DNA from: Scyliorhinus canicula
Lineage: Eukaryota
Reading direction: 5' to 3'
Assembly: GCF_902713615.1 (NCBI RefSeq)
Contig: NC_052158.1
Coordinates: forward strand, 151,669,400-151,733,399
Length of the DNA stretch: 64,000 nt
Part shown: positions 11,326 through 23,847 of the stretch, one piece after another
Numbering within the stretch: position 1 is the first letter of the stretch
How the letters are laid out: every line of letters starts with the position of its first letter
The notes under the pieces: model-generated
Told to the model about the DNA's origin: nothing
The model's input: the letters and a program-made list of their open reading frames with translations, nothing else
The model's database searches: none
Made by a program: the position numbers and the translations under genes

Positions 11326-12246
11326 CCTGTGTGCTACTAGTAACAGAACATTTCAAATACTGTTTACCAGAGAAGTTAATCCTCTCAGATCACATAGAAA
11401 CGCATGCACAAAAGATTTTAAATGTGCACAGAAACCGGTTATGGGGCACTAGCGTCAGCCCGCCATTGGCCGGCACTGGGACCTTTACATCCCGCCACAT
11501 TGAACGGGGTTTCCCAGTTGTTCACACCCCCCGCCGTCGGGGAACCAGTGTCAGCGACTCGCCATCGACGGGACCGATAATCCCAGCAGCGAGACTACCC
11601 AGAAAATCCCGCACGAAGGCTAATCTGACACCAAGGTACTGAAAAAGTATTATTTTGTTGACCACATCATTGATTATAAGAGATGATGACAAAAACTGCG
11701 ACTCTCACGTAGAGTTATTTTGGTGCTAGAAATGCTGTTTTGGCTCCAAGATGGGATCCCTGGTGCTTGTTCGCGTTTCTTGTGCTAGTCACTCCTGGGA
11801 ATATTTGATGAGGGCATTAGCAGGAAGCATGTACCAGAGGTATGGAGAGTGGGCAGCTCACAGTGACAATCAGCTTATGATACTGATGTGACATCAATGT
11901 TGCCGTTGTGGAGTTCAGTGTTTCAGGTAACAGAGCTGAACATGTGTTCAGCAACCCGACCACCCCCTCTGCCACTGCTACTGAAAGGGAATCTTCAACT
12001 TCTTTCAGGGTGCTGATTGACTTCTACTGGAGTTTGCTGCGTTGGTGGCATGTTTAGTGATTCCTACAAATATCTCCAGGCAGCGGTGTGGAAAGTGCAG
12101 TAGGATTGCATCATGATCTCAAGAATTTTACATAAATCACATGCTCCCAGATATGGATGGCATTTTATACATTCCCCATGTGGGGATGGCAGGGAGAATA
12201 TACAGAGATAATATAAGATCGGAGAAGCTGGTGGAAGAGGAAGAAG

Positions 12247-12420
12247 GGGCTGGTTTAGCACAGTGGGCTAAATAGCTGGCTTGCAATGCAGAACAAGGCC
12301 AGCAGTGCGGGTTCAATTCCTGTACCGGCCTCCCCGAACAGGCGCAGGAATGTGGCGCCGAGGGGCTTTTCACAGTAACTTTATTGAAGCCTACTTGAGA
12401 CAATAAGCGATTATTATTGT
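12247..12420 (+). mobile_element. tRNA-derived SINE (same family as 812-984)
   Basis: gggctggtttagcacagtgg head, ggttcaattcc B-box, cacagtaact..gacaataag(att)n tail. Confidence 0.8.
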
Positions 12421-12537
12421 TATTGGAAGGATAAAAGAGAGGAGGACTCTCAACAGAGGACGTATCGGCTGAGATTGTCAAGGGAGCAATTCTCTTACCT
12501 GAATCTCAGTGAGGAAGACTGTATCTGATGACTCTAA

Positions 12538-12795
12538 TAATAATAATCTTTATTGTCACAAGTAGGCTTACATTAATGCAATGAAGTTACTGTGAAAAGC
12601 CCCTCGTCGCCACATTCTAGCGCCTGTTCGGGTACACGGAGGGAGAATTAAAAATGTCCACATTACCTAACAGCACGTCTTTCGGGACTTGTGGGAGGAA
12701 ACCCACGCAGACACAGGAAGAACGTGCTGACTCCGCACAGACAGTAACCAAGTCAGGAATTGAACCTGGAACCCTGCCACTGTGAAGCAACAGTG
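12538..12795 (-). mobile_element. V-SINE with alternative tail
   Basis: V-SINE head/core joined to the cacagtaacttcattgc..gtgacaataaag(att)n tail. Confidence 0.8.
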
Positions 12796-13122
12796 CTAAC
12801 CACTGTGCTATCATGCTGTACTGCACTGTGGGCTGCATTTTACATGCTTGCTTGTGTTTCTGGAAACACGGCATGTAAAATAGGGCAGGTGTTCCCACCA
12901 CCAGCTTCCTCTCCACCCTCAGCTCACCCCCATAATATTGGGGGGTGGGTGCCACAATTGACAGCCCACTTGCCATATTTAATTAGGTAATCAAGGGCCA
13001 ATTTGGATCATTACCATTCACTCTGATAATATGCTAAGAGCAAGCATCAGATCAAGCCCTATATGAGGCCCAATACCTTTACTGTCAGCTTGGATCTTGT
13101 ATGTCTCTCTTGTGGAGACCTG

Positions 13123-13292
13123 GGGTGAGATTCTCCGCCGGCGGGATGCTCCGTTTAACCTGCAGTCTGGGGGTTTCCTGACAGCGTGGGGCTGTCCCAC
13201 AATAGAAAACCCCATTGCCCACTGGTGTAACAGAGCATCCCGCCGGCGTACTGAAACAGAAATGTGGCGCGGCGGGAGAGAGAATCCCGCCC
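13123..13292. mobile_element. Harbinger-type MITE (~170 bp)
   Basis: TIRs gggtgagattctcc / agaatcccgccc; internal gtggggc..cccacaat.gaaaacccc core shared with 5948-6121 and 18565-18735. Confidence 0.75.
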
Positions 13293-14029
13293 CATGACCT
13301 TAAAATTGAATTGCAATTCTTTTTTGGAGCAAGCAATGAGATGGATTAAAGTTTCCCCTGTCCACTGTGCATTGGCTTTATAACTTTAAGGATGGTTAAA
13401 AAAATTAAAACGGCTGGTGTGGGCAGTCAGGCAGGAATGGACGGCTCAGTTTTTAAACCACATTCAGCAAAGGGGAGGACAGTGGAGGATTGAATATTCA
13501 GGGGAGGGGGCAGGAGGAGGGGTGAATCCCCCCTTTCTTCCTAACCTTCCACAGCATCAAACTCAGCTCCCCACACCAATAGCACCCCCTCTTTGCCCCC
13601 CCCCCCCCCCCCCCCGATCAAACAAACCCTCCCTATCCATGCCCCGGACTTTCCGGCTTCAGGGATCCACAGGCATCTATCTCCTCTTGTTTAAGTCCCA
13701 GCAGCAGCCATGACTACACCTTGATGGTGTCGGGACTGATGAAGCTACCAGCCAATCAGATTTGCCAGCAGCTCCAGAGTAGAGGACTCCCTCTCTAGTG
13801 AAGTGCGGAAGTCCCACTTGGTCTTTATTAAGCCCACAGGCAGCACATTATTATATGTGGAGCGAGCTGCCGTAGAGTGAGTTAGCTCTCCGTCAACTTT
13901 GCTGGGATCGGGTGGGGGGGGGGGGGGGGGGTCGAGCTGTCAGCTGTCTGCTCCCCTCTATTATTCAGCCCTAAGGGGGTCCTCACTGAATATTCCACCT
14001 GTTGAAGCCACAAATGCAGATTTAGAACA

Positions 14030-14880
14030 GTGGACAGCTTTCACAGTGGCTGTGACTGTGGCCATGAATTTCTATCCATCTGCCTCCTTGCAGACTGGAG
14101 CAAGTGATCCTGGTTTGTTATCCACTGTCACAGAAGGGAAGTCACTGACTCGATGCCTGGAGGCTGCTGTTGCTGTTTATTTCATTTTCTGCAGCTGGAA
14201 AGAAAGATGCCTGGGTCCTGGAACACCGGGCTCGGGGAATGTATGTGTCCAGAAAGCAATCCGGTTTGAAGCAAGAAGTCGCTGCGGGACCTGGTGCACA
14301 ACAGCATTCCAAACGGGCCACCTGATGATGCCGTTGAAGAAATGCTTTTGCAGATTGCTGATGCTTTTGATGCTGGTGTGGTGAGTGCTGTATGTAACTG
14401 GCATGTCCCCACGGGTTAAACACGCTGGAAGTCAACGAAGTTCAACTCTACATTGAGCGCCTGTGGAATATGTGGATGCCAGGATTTGGTTCCGGTGAGA
14501 TTGGGCCGTGTGGGAGGGGCCTGAACAGCTGCAGCTCCTGGGTGGAGAATGGCTCTGATACGTGGAACACGTCACACATGGAGTTGATTTTCAAATCTTT
14601 GCTACTGTTGTCTATTTAATAAACAAAACATTCTCTGTATTCCAAGAGTTGAATGCATTTCATTCTCTCTTGCCAGAGGTAATCAGGTGGAGCGAGTACA
14701 CAGCTCTGTGAGGATATTAAGCATCCCCATGATGCAAGGTGCCATTGATGGGATCTTCATTACTTTCTGGGCATCACATTTCAACTCTTCACCATGCTGA
14801 AATCTACATTAATTCCATCCAGCAATGTCCAGCTGTTGTGTAAAGTTCTCGAGTGCATCATACATGTCAGGCTCAATATC
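14030..14880 (+). pseudogene. Highly decayed Harbinger (HARBI1-like) transposase remnant
   Basis: Motif fragments VAVTVAMNFYPSASLQTGASD, PMMQGAIDG (~14725-14752) and NVQLLC..IIHV in HARBI1 order, with unrelated sequence between. Confidence 0.5.
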
Positions 14881-15582
14881 CTCACAACGTACATGACACA
14901 CTGGATATTTATCCTAAAGGCGGGTAGCGGGAGTTATGAAAGTTCCTGCTTGGCCAGCCCACCTCAAGAGAAAGTGTCACAAGGATGGGATTTGCATTGT
15001 GGGTGGGTGGCTGTGGGGTTCTTTTGTTCAGACAACCCAGGAAAGAGTTTGAAGGCAGCCACGGGGGTTGCCTGTGGTCAAGGCAGGCTGCTTAATAGGC
15101 CAGCCTCATTGTTGTGGGACCTTTACCCAGTTGTAAAAACAGAAAGGTCCTCTCGCCCTCACCACCCCCCCACCTATCCTCCATGCATCATCCATGTCAC
15201 CTCATGCCTCTGCACCCACCCTTGTGGCCCTCATGTCCGCATGCCAAGCTATGACCTCCAAACTACGCCTATGATCCTTCATGCCTCCTACGCCAAGGAC
15301 TAGCTACACACAATGAGAATGACCCCTTATGCCCGCGTGCCAAGGTATGCCCCCAAACAACCCATATGGCCTCTCGTACCACCATGTCAAGATATGGCCC
15401 CCAGAATTAATGGCCCCTCATTCTCCTATTCCTAAGTATACCACCCAAAGAACCTCTCATGATCCCAATGCCAAGTTGTGTAACGTTCATGCTAATTCAC
15501 CCACTATATACTGTAGCGAAGCAACAGACACTGTGGGGACAACGGAATGAGTTTTTAAAATCGTCAAAAAAAAGCTATTTAG

Positions 15583-15999
15583 GGGCAGCACAGTGGTTAG
15601 CACTGCTGACTCACAACGCCGAAGGTTCCAGGTTCGATCCCCGCTCTGGGTCACTGTCCACGTGGAGTTTGCACATTCTCCCCGTGTTTGAATGGGTTTT
15701 GCCCCCACAACTGAAAGATGTATGGGGTAGGTGGATTGGCCATGCTACATTGCCACTTAATTGGAAAAAATTAATTGGATGCACAAAAATGTATTTAAAA
15801 AAAAGAAAGTTATAATAATAATATAATATAATTATCACTTATTGTCACAAGTAGGCTTCAATGTAGTTTCTGTGAAAAGCCCCTAATCGCCACATTCCGG
15901 CGCATGTTTGGGGTGGCCGGTACGAGAATTGAACCCGCGCTGCTGGCCTTGCTCTGCATTACAAGGCAGCTGTTGAGCCCACTGTGCTAAACCAGCCCC
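15583..15999. mobile_element. Two SINEs tail-to-tail: short-tail V-SINE (+, ~15583-15805) and tRNA-SINE (-, ~15830-15999)
   Basis: Heads and tails match other copies in the window. Confidence 0.75.
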
Positions 16000-17323
16000 T
16001 ATCATTTATTGATTACTTTCTATATTCATAAAACTATCTATAGCAGAAACTGAAAGCACATCAAACCCCTTTATCCTGTGTAAATAAACATTGTGAAATT
16101 GATGGCACAGGCGAGATTTCAAAGCTATCTATCAAACAACATTTCCCTGTGGTGCAGGAGTCACAAGAGAAAAATGGGTTTCTAGACTCTCATCAAGGGC
16201 TGTGGAATTTCAGTCATTGAGCATGTTTAAAGTAGAGATTGACAGATCTCTGAATGACATCAGGGATAAGAGGATGGTGTGGGAAAAGGGCACTGACGTG
16301 ATGATCAATCATAATCATACTGCATAGTGGAGGAGGCTCAATGGAAAATAGCTGACTCCTGCTCCTATATTCCTGTGATATAAATCCAAGGCTTGCAACA
16401 GAAAATATATGAACCATGCTGAATAACTTTCTTCTAATTTCTCCCTTCATTTTGTGATAATTCTGCTTTTGATTACTCTGCTTATGAATTGGTGTCAGTT
16501 CAAAGAATTTGAAAATTAGATTTTGGTAAGAGAGGACAAATCAGTCATGTTTATTTCCAATCTGCCCTTTAATGGTCCCAACTAGATAGTGTTTATGTTT
16601 GGGTATCAGGTGAGAGCCATCATAGTGAGATTATGCAGTAACACTCACATATAACAACATAAGAACTGGGAGCAGGAGCAGGAGTCTGGTCCCTTGAGCC
16701 TGCTTTATCATTCAATAAGGTCAAGTTGATTGTTTTGTGGACTCAGTTCCACTTACTCGCCTGCTAACCCTTTAACGTGCAAAAAATCTTTCTATATTTT
16801 CCTTAAAAACATTCAACGAGGTAACTTCAACTGCTTCACTGTGCAGGGAATTCCACATATTCACAACCCTTGCCTGGGGGTGGGGGGGGGGGCACTGTAG
16901 CACAGTGGTTAGCACTATTGCTTCACAGCGCCAGGGCCCAGGTTTCTATTCCCAGCTTGAGTCACTGTTTGTGTGGAGTCTGCACATTTACCCCGTGTCT
17001 GTGTGGGTTTCCTCCACGTGCTCCTCTCTTTCTCTCTTTCTTCTTTTCTCCATTACCATGTCAAGTTCTCATCTGATCTGATCTCTTCGCATATCTTCTC
17101 GACTGAGTAGTACTACACTCCTATATCCTTCACCCAATGCCTGTGTCTATGTATTTAGGTTGTGTATTTTATGTTTGCCCTATTATGTATTTTCTTTTCA
17201 TGTACAGAAAGATCTGTCTGAGCTGCATGCAGAACAATACTTTTCACTGTACACGTGACAATAAACCAATCCAATCCAATCCAATCCAAGTGCCCTCATT
17301 TCAATCACCTTTTGAAAAACACT

Positions 17324-18007
17324 GGGCGCGATTCTCCCAAAACGGGAGAAATCGTAAGGCTGGCGTCAAACCCGCCCGGGTTTGACGCCAGCCCCCCCCT
17401 TCCCGACCGGGAACCGATTCTGGTCCCCGGTCAGGGCTAGCAGCCCGACGCCGTAAGCTCCGGCATCACGGGCTTAACGAATTTCGTTAAGCCCTTGCCG
17501 GAGTTAGCGCCGGCTGACGCGTCATATGACGTCAGCCGCGCATGCGCGGATTGAAAGACTCCAATGCGCGGGCCGGGTTGCCCCTCAGCCGCCCCGCGAA
17601 TGGATACTGCGGGGCGGCGGAAGGACAAATAGTGCACGGGCATCGGGCCCGCTGCCCGCGATCGGTGGGCACCGATCGCGGGCCCATGGCACCCTTGGCA
17701 CGGCCGTGGTACTGCCGTGCCAATCGGTGCCATGGTTATAAAATGCGAGTGTTTACGGCCGTTTTTACGAACGGCCAGACCAGGTGTGTTTGCCGTTCGT
17801 AAAAACAGCCATAAAGGGCTGGGAACTCGGCCCATCTATCAGCTGTGAATCGCTGCCGGCCGTAAAAAAACGGCGGCAGCGATTCGTGTCGGGAGTTGGG
17901 CGTGGGGGGGGGGGGAGAATAACGGGAGGGCGTCGGAACAGCGTGGCCGTAAAATTTTACGAGCCACGCTATTCTCCGCACCGTCGGGAGTGCGGAGAAT
18001 CTCGCCC
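17324..18007. mobile_element. GC-rich Harbinger-type non-autonomous element
   Basis: TIRs gggcgcgattctcc / ggagaatctcgccc; exact 3-bp TSD ACT (17321-23, 18008-10); CpG-rich, suggesting a young insertion. Confidence 0.85.
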
Positions 18008-18511
18008 ACTCTCTTTCCTTCTCTTTGCTTTTCCTGCATCTCCACCTTTGGTTCAAGTGTTTTTTTGCAATTGAAACTTTAGTCAATTCAATTGCCACAC
18101 TTTGAGAACTTGGCCTATCAGGCAAGTCTTGCAATTAATGTTTTGCCATGCTTTCAATAATCAGTTTTCCTTGCCTCTACAGGTAATCCTAATTTCAGTT
18201 TATCTGCCAATTCAGCTAATTGACTCTTGGTAACTTTCTGTAAACCAGTCAGAGTTACATCTTCCATCTTTAAAAAAGTCTTCGCAATTTACAATTCTAT
18301 TTTGGATTCTAACTTGTACAATATATCTCACAGTAACTCAAATTATTTTGTCCACTACGTCATTACCCCACTTACTCTTCATTACGGAGTCACAGATCCC
18401 ACCATTCAACCATAAATCCCAAAACATGTTGTTCTGTTCAGCATCAAGTCACCCTTTGTCCACATTTCGGAAATTCCACAAGAGCCTCCACATTTTGTAT
18501 GGTCCAGTTGA

Positions 18512-20209
18512 TGTTATAAACGTATGGGAAGATCCCAGACTGGAACCCTGGCTCAAAACACAGTGGGCTGGATCCTCCGCCGTCGGGACGCTCTATTTTG
18601 CCGGCAGCCCGGGGGTTTTCCAATGGCTTGGGGTGCCCCACAATGGGAAACCCCATTGACCAGCCGGCGAAACGGAGCATTCCGCTGGCATGCTGAACCA
18701 GAAATCTGGTGCGGTGGGATCGAGAATCCAGACCCATAACTTTCACTTTCTTTTTTTAAATGTAGAGGAACAGAATCACAGGACCGCCAATTGGTTTTAA
18801 CAGAGGAATCAACATTAAAATTGAAAAAAAGGTTATAATACAAATCTCCTTTTCTCCCACTTAGGTTAACAATTACATAGTGGTTCTACGCTTAACACAG
18901 ATGATACAGTATATTTAAAACTACAATTGTTTCATTCATACAAAGTCCTTTTTTTCTTTTTTTCAAAGACACAATCCACTCTGAACTCGTTAGTATCTGT
19001 GGATTTCTCCTCAGAATCCACCCAGATGATTGTCACATGAGAGTTTTCAAATTCTAATCCCCACGACATGCTTTAAAATCTTCTCATATCTCTATTAGTG
19101 GGCAGCACGGTAGCATTGTGGATAGCACAATCGCTTCACAGCTCCAGGGTCCCAGGTTCGATTCTGGCTTGGGTCACTGTCTGTGCGGAGTCTGCACATC
19201 CTCCCCGTGTGTACGTGGGTTTTCTCCGGGTGCTCCAGATTCCTCCCACAGTCCAAAGATGTGCAGGTGGATTGGCCATGATAAATTGCCCTTAGTGTTC
19301 AAAATTGCCCTTAGTGTTGGGTGGGGTTGTTGGGTAATGGGGATGGGGTGGAGGTGTTGACCTTGGGTAAGGTGGTCTTTCCAAGAGCCAGTGCAGACTC
19401 GATGGGCCGAATGGCCTCCTTCTGCACTGTAAATTCTATGATTCTATGATTAATGGTTTGCATCCTAAAATCATGTCCACGTTTTCCAAATAACTCTTGT
19501 GACTAGAACTGCCGCTCCACTTTTACCGGTGAATCCAGTCTAGGATTTTACACCAACCCTTTTCATGATTTTTTTTGCCTTGACTGCTTTTAAACACTTG
19601 AGATCCAGCCACCCATTCCACAAATATTCCAATTCATGCTCTATCGGCGGTCCTAAAATCTCACAAACCTGAAAATAATTTCAGATGTCTCTCTGTCTCA
19701 GCCTCCCTCTGAACTCTCTGTCTTTACTGAGAACTCTCTGTTCTTGTACCTTTACCCTCAGATCACCTGGAAACTTATTTTCATTAACTTAGTTTCCTTA
19801 ACTAGCTGCTCTTTAGCTTACCATTACTGTATTCCATAGCTTTACTTTTAACAAAATTGGAAGAGCTGTTCCCTCTCTAGCTTTATAAAACCATTGTTTT
19901 GAGCACAGCTATAGGACCTGTTCCCACTCCAGCTGTCTACCTACAAACTACTGTAGGTTGCAGCTCAAACTAAAGAACAAAGGAATCTTTTCCCTTACAG
20001 GGGCCTCTATCTGTCAAGCAACTCTCTCTATCACAGTTGAAACTTACCCAAGCCCCACACCCACAACACCCTTTGTCTGTCATGAATCTAACTGTAAATC
20101 TTTTCCAAGCACCGAAACATTAAATGAAACACACCTACAACTATACCTTATTTTAATGTTGACTAATACAAATATAAATCCCTTAAAACTCCATTTGGTT
20201 TGCCCAACA
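18512..20209 (-). mobile_element. Probable long solo LTR with nested MITE (18565-18735) and V-SINE (~19100-19450)
   Basis: TGTT...AACA termini, imperfect 4-bp flanks ttga/ttta; the nested elements are clear, the LTR identity is inferred. Confidence 0.4.
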
Positions 20210-21482
20210 TTTATATCTTGAGTATTTGAGACATATGCTATCAAAGTTTTTATCTTGCATTCATCAGATCAGCCCCAGGTTCGATCCCGGCTCTGGGTCA
20301 CTGTCCGTGCGGAGTTTGCACATTCTCCCCGTGTTTGTGTGGGTTTCGCCCCCACAACCCAAAGATGTGCAGGGTAGGTGGATTGGCCACGCTAAATTGC
20401 CCCTTAATTGGAAAAATGAATTGGGTACTCTAAATTTTAAATATAAGTAACTAAATCAACAATAAAGAAAACATTTTTTTACTGCATGGGAAGAGAGCGC
20501 TGTTTCCTTGGCAAGTGGATTCTGATTGTTCGATGTGTGGTATGGAGAATGTAGCAGAAAACAGTGAATTGTCTGTTCCCTTTAGAGTTGGTTTGCCTTG
20601 CATCAATGTCATGATGAGGGAAAGCCGAACAGTTTTGATTGAATGTCGCTTTTCTCAGCAATGCTCAAGTTCTGTATACCAAACATATATTATAGTTTAT
20701 AGCTCATGTGATGTCTCAATGGGCTGGGTATTGTGACAGGTCAGGTGGAGCTCACACTGTTCAATAACTCCCCCTGTTGGTGGAATAAAAAAAGGAAGAT
20801 TTACATAAATAGTCATCAGATACCCAGCAAAATAGAAACGAAAATAAATACCTAGCTCTTTGAGCCTGGCTTTACACACCATGGCCAGAACTCTCCAGCC
20901 GTTATCTGACAGCGGGATTCTCTGGTTCCATCGGCGGTGCACCCCTGCCCATGGATTCCCAGCATTCTGGGGTGGCTACAATGGGAATTCCTGTTGATAG
21001 CAGCGAGAGCAGAGAATCCCATCTCTGGCGAATGGCACGTCACTTCCTACTGCCCGGAAACTGTTGGGAAGCTGGAGAATCCAACTCCATATAATCCCGA
21101 TTTAAGGCTGGACGACTAATCCATTTCCCAGGGGAAATTCAACACAGTACAAAAGAGCAACAGTCCTTTAGGAGGGTTTGATTACCAGTGCAGGTTCCCA
21201 TACAGGCCAAAGTGCACGTCACTGGTGATATCACACTAATATCGGGATTATTTGTCCCTTTTAGGTCACTTTGTTTTTCTTCCATGTCCCACTTCCTTAC
21301 ACTCCAGGCTTTGATACAGTAGATGAATATTTTGCTCTGATACCTTTGCCAAAATGTATCTGAACACAAGCATTGGGAGAAAAATAAGAAATTGTAATAA
21401 ATTTGGTTTGAAAAATGAAAACGCGTTTTCTCCCTCCTTTGTATTCAGCGACTGCTTTCTTGCCATTCATCCCTCATCTCGC

Positions 21483-21881
21483 TGTGTCATTATGAGAAAT
21501 GTACAGAACTGTAAGCGGTAATGTTATGTCCGAATCACCCACTAGAGGGAGCTAGATGCAGAATTATATAAAGCATCGATGCTGGGCCTTCTGGGGGAGC
21601 GTTGAGGAGAAGGTTAGGAGAAAGACTGGAGGAAAGTTAGTGTGAGTGAGAGCAAATCATAGTTATTGTATTAGTCTAGAGATTAGTGGTAGATGAGTGT
21701 AGATTGTATGTTTATTGTCAATTGTTTATTATATAGAAGTAAGAGGTCGAATTCAATTAAGTACTGTGAATAAATCTTTTGCTTTGTTTAATACAAAGGC
21801 TAGTTCAGGTATTTGTGAACACTTTGTGAATACTAGGATAGTGAACACTATCCTAGGATCTGGACCACAAAGAACACCACA
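21483..21881 (+). mobile_element. Solo LTR (399 bp)
   Basis: TG...CA ends, exact 5-bp TSD CTCGC (21478-82, 21882-86), internal TATATAAA and AATAAA. Confidence 0.8.
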
Positions 21882-23363
21882 CTCGCCACAGTTTTTTGTT
21901 TCTTTATTTGCTCCATTCCCACAGCCTTTGCCTGTGCACGGTGAAACCTTTTGTCATTTAATCTCTCCTGTACTCTGCCTTAGCCTTTTCTTGGTTGCTC
22001 CTCCCACAATCCACCTTTCACTTGTTCATAACCTGTCACAATTCGCGCTTTTCTCAGTTCCAAATGAAAGGACTCAGACCTTATCTGGTCCAGTTTTCGG
22101 TTCCTGGGTCGGATAGGCAGATACAGGAGCAATCTGTGCCATCAACTCTCTTTTTCTGCCTTCATTTGCTGCTAGATCTGCTGGGTCCTTCCAATAGTTT
22201 CTGAATTTGAAATATGTTGACTGTCATTGCACAGATAAACGTTTTGGATCAGCAAACTGCAGTAAGATAATTCATCAGACTTTACGCGGTATGGTTGAGG
22301 GAGGAGTGTTCAGCAGCGTTGAATACTCTGTTATCTCTAACTACCTGCTCAACCAACATCAGCCATGTTTGCTGTCCCAGGGTTAGCAATTGCAGTGGCA
22401 TTGTTTAAGTGTTGGCTAGGAGTTGTGTCAGCATTGCACACTCACGCACAAGAATGGATTTTAAACTCTTACCTCATAATTTAGAAGCAAAAGTGCTCCG
22501 AATTTAGCCAACCTGAATGTTGCTTAAAAATATAGAACCATGCTGCACAGAAGGCTACTCAGTCCATTATTCTTGCACCAGCTCAGTCCCACTGGCTATC
22601 CCCTCTTCATTGCCCTTTAATTGTGACCTTATGGGCGCGATTCAGCAAACCCCGTCACTCCAAGCACGGAGCCGGGTGCAACGGGTGGATTGCGCGAGAA
22701 GACTCGCTAGGGTGCTGTTTTGTACAAATGTGGATCAGGTGTAATGGCATCTGGGGGGGGGGTCTCCCAGGCCATTGGAAACTCCCAGGTGGTGGGTGAC
22801 AGGGCAAGGTGGTAACCTGACACTCCCCCTGGCATCTGGACACTTTGGCACCGCTTGCCTGGCACCCTGGCAGTGCCTCTCTTGCAGTGCCAGGGTGCTG
22901 AGACAGCACTACCAGGGTGCCTGTCTAGCGATGCTCAGCTGGCAGTGCCAGTTTGCCCGGTTGGCACTGCCAGGCATCTGGCTGAGGGGGGGACCTTTCC
23001 ACTTGGAGAGGAGGTATGGTGTATGTTCCCAGGGGCCTCCTCCAGGCTGGCGGGGGGGAGGATTGAGAGGCTGGTCAATAAAGAAGTGGGGGGGCGTAGA
23101 TCGGGGCAGCCGGTGAAAATGGCGCCCCGATCTGTGAGGAGCCTTTCAAGCTTTTCAAGCTTCAGTTACCAGCAGGAAATCCCTCTGTGCAGCCTCAGTG
23201 GAGTGAATCTCCCCGAGGACAATAAAATGGCAAAGTGCTGTTGAATTGCTGGGTGTTTATCAGCGCTGCAGTCACCAAGAAACACAACGCTAAATGGGCC
23301 CAACAGAGGATGTAGTTTGAAGTCTGCTCAATCGCATCCAATTCAGTGTCTCTAATTATTTAC

Positions 23364-23847
23364 AGTAAGAAGTCTTACAACACCAGGTTAAAGTCCAACA
23401 GGTTTGTTTCAAACACGAGCTTTCGGAGCACGGCTCCTTCTTCAGGTGAATGGAAAGGCTTGTTCCAGAAATGTTTATATAGACACAGTCAGAGATGCCC
23501 CGGAATGCGAGCACCTGCAGGCAATCAAATCATCAAAGATGCAGAGAGAGAGGTAACTCCAGGTTAAAGAGGTGTGAATTGTCCCAAGCCAGTTCAGTCG
23601 GTAGGCCTCTGCAAGTCCAGGCTTGTTGGTGGGGGCCGAATGTAATGCGACATGAATCCCAGATCCCGGTTGAGTCCGCATTCATGCGTGCGGAACTTAG
23701 CTATAAGTTTTTGCTCAGCAATTTTGCGTTGTCGCGTCTCCTGAAGGCCTCCTTGTAGAATGCTGACCCGGAGATCAGAGGCTGAATGTCCTTGACTGCT
23801 GAAGTGTTCCCCAACTGGAAGGGAACAGTCCTGCCTGTTGATAGTCG
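23364..23847 (-). mobile_element. Penelope-like element, 5'-truncated (GIY-YIG C-terminus + terminal region)
   Basis: Minus translation ..DCSLPVGEHFSSQGHSASDLRVSILQGG..RKIAEQKLIAKFRTHECGLNRD; 12-bp duplication CTAATTATTTAC on both sides; empty site present in arm A (~3832-3843). Confidence 0.85.
23414..23448 (-). ncRNA. Minimal type-I hammerhead ribozyme motif within the Penelope element
   Basis: Minus strand CAC-CUGAAGA-A-GGAGC-cgu-GCUCC-GAAA-GC-UC-GUG: conserved core, 5-bp stem II, 3-bp stem I, palindromic AGCU at stem III. Confidence 0.65.

Noticed and set aside
14110-14600. Possible LINE fragment inside the decayed Harbinger remnant
   Set aside because: Motifs are too weak to assign by eye.
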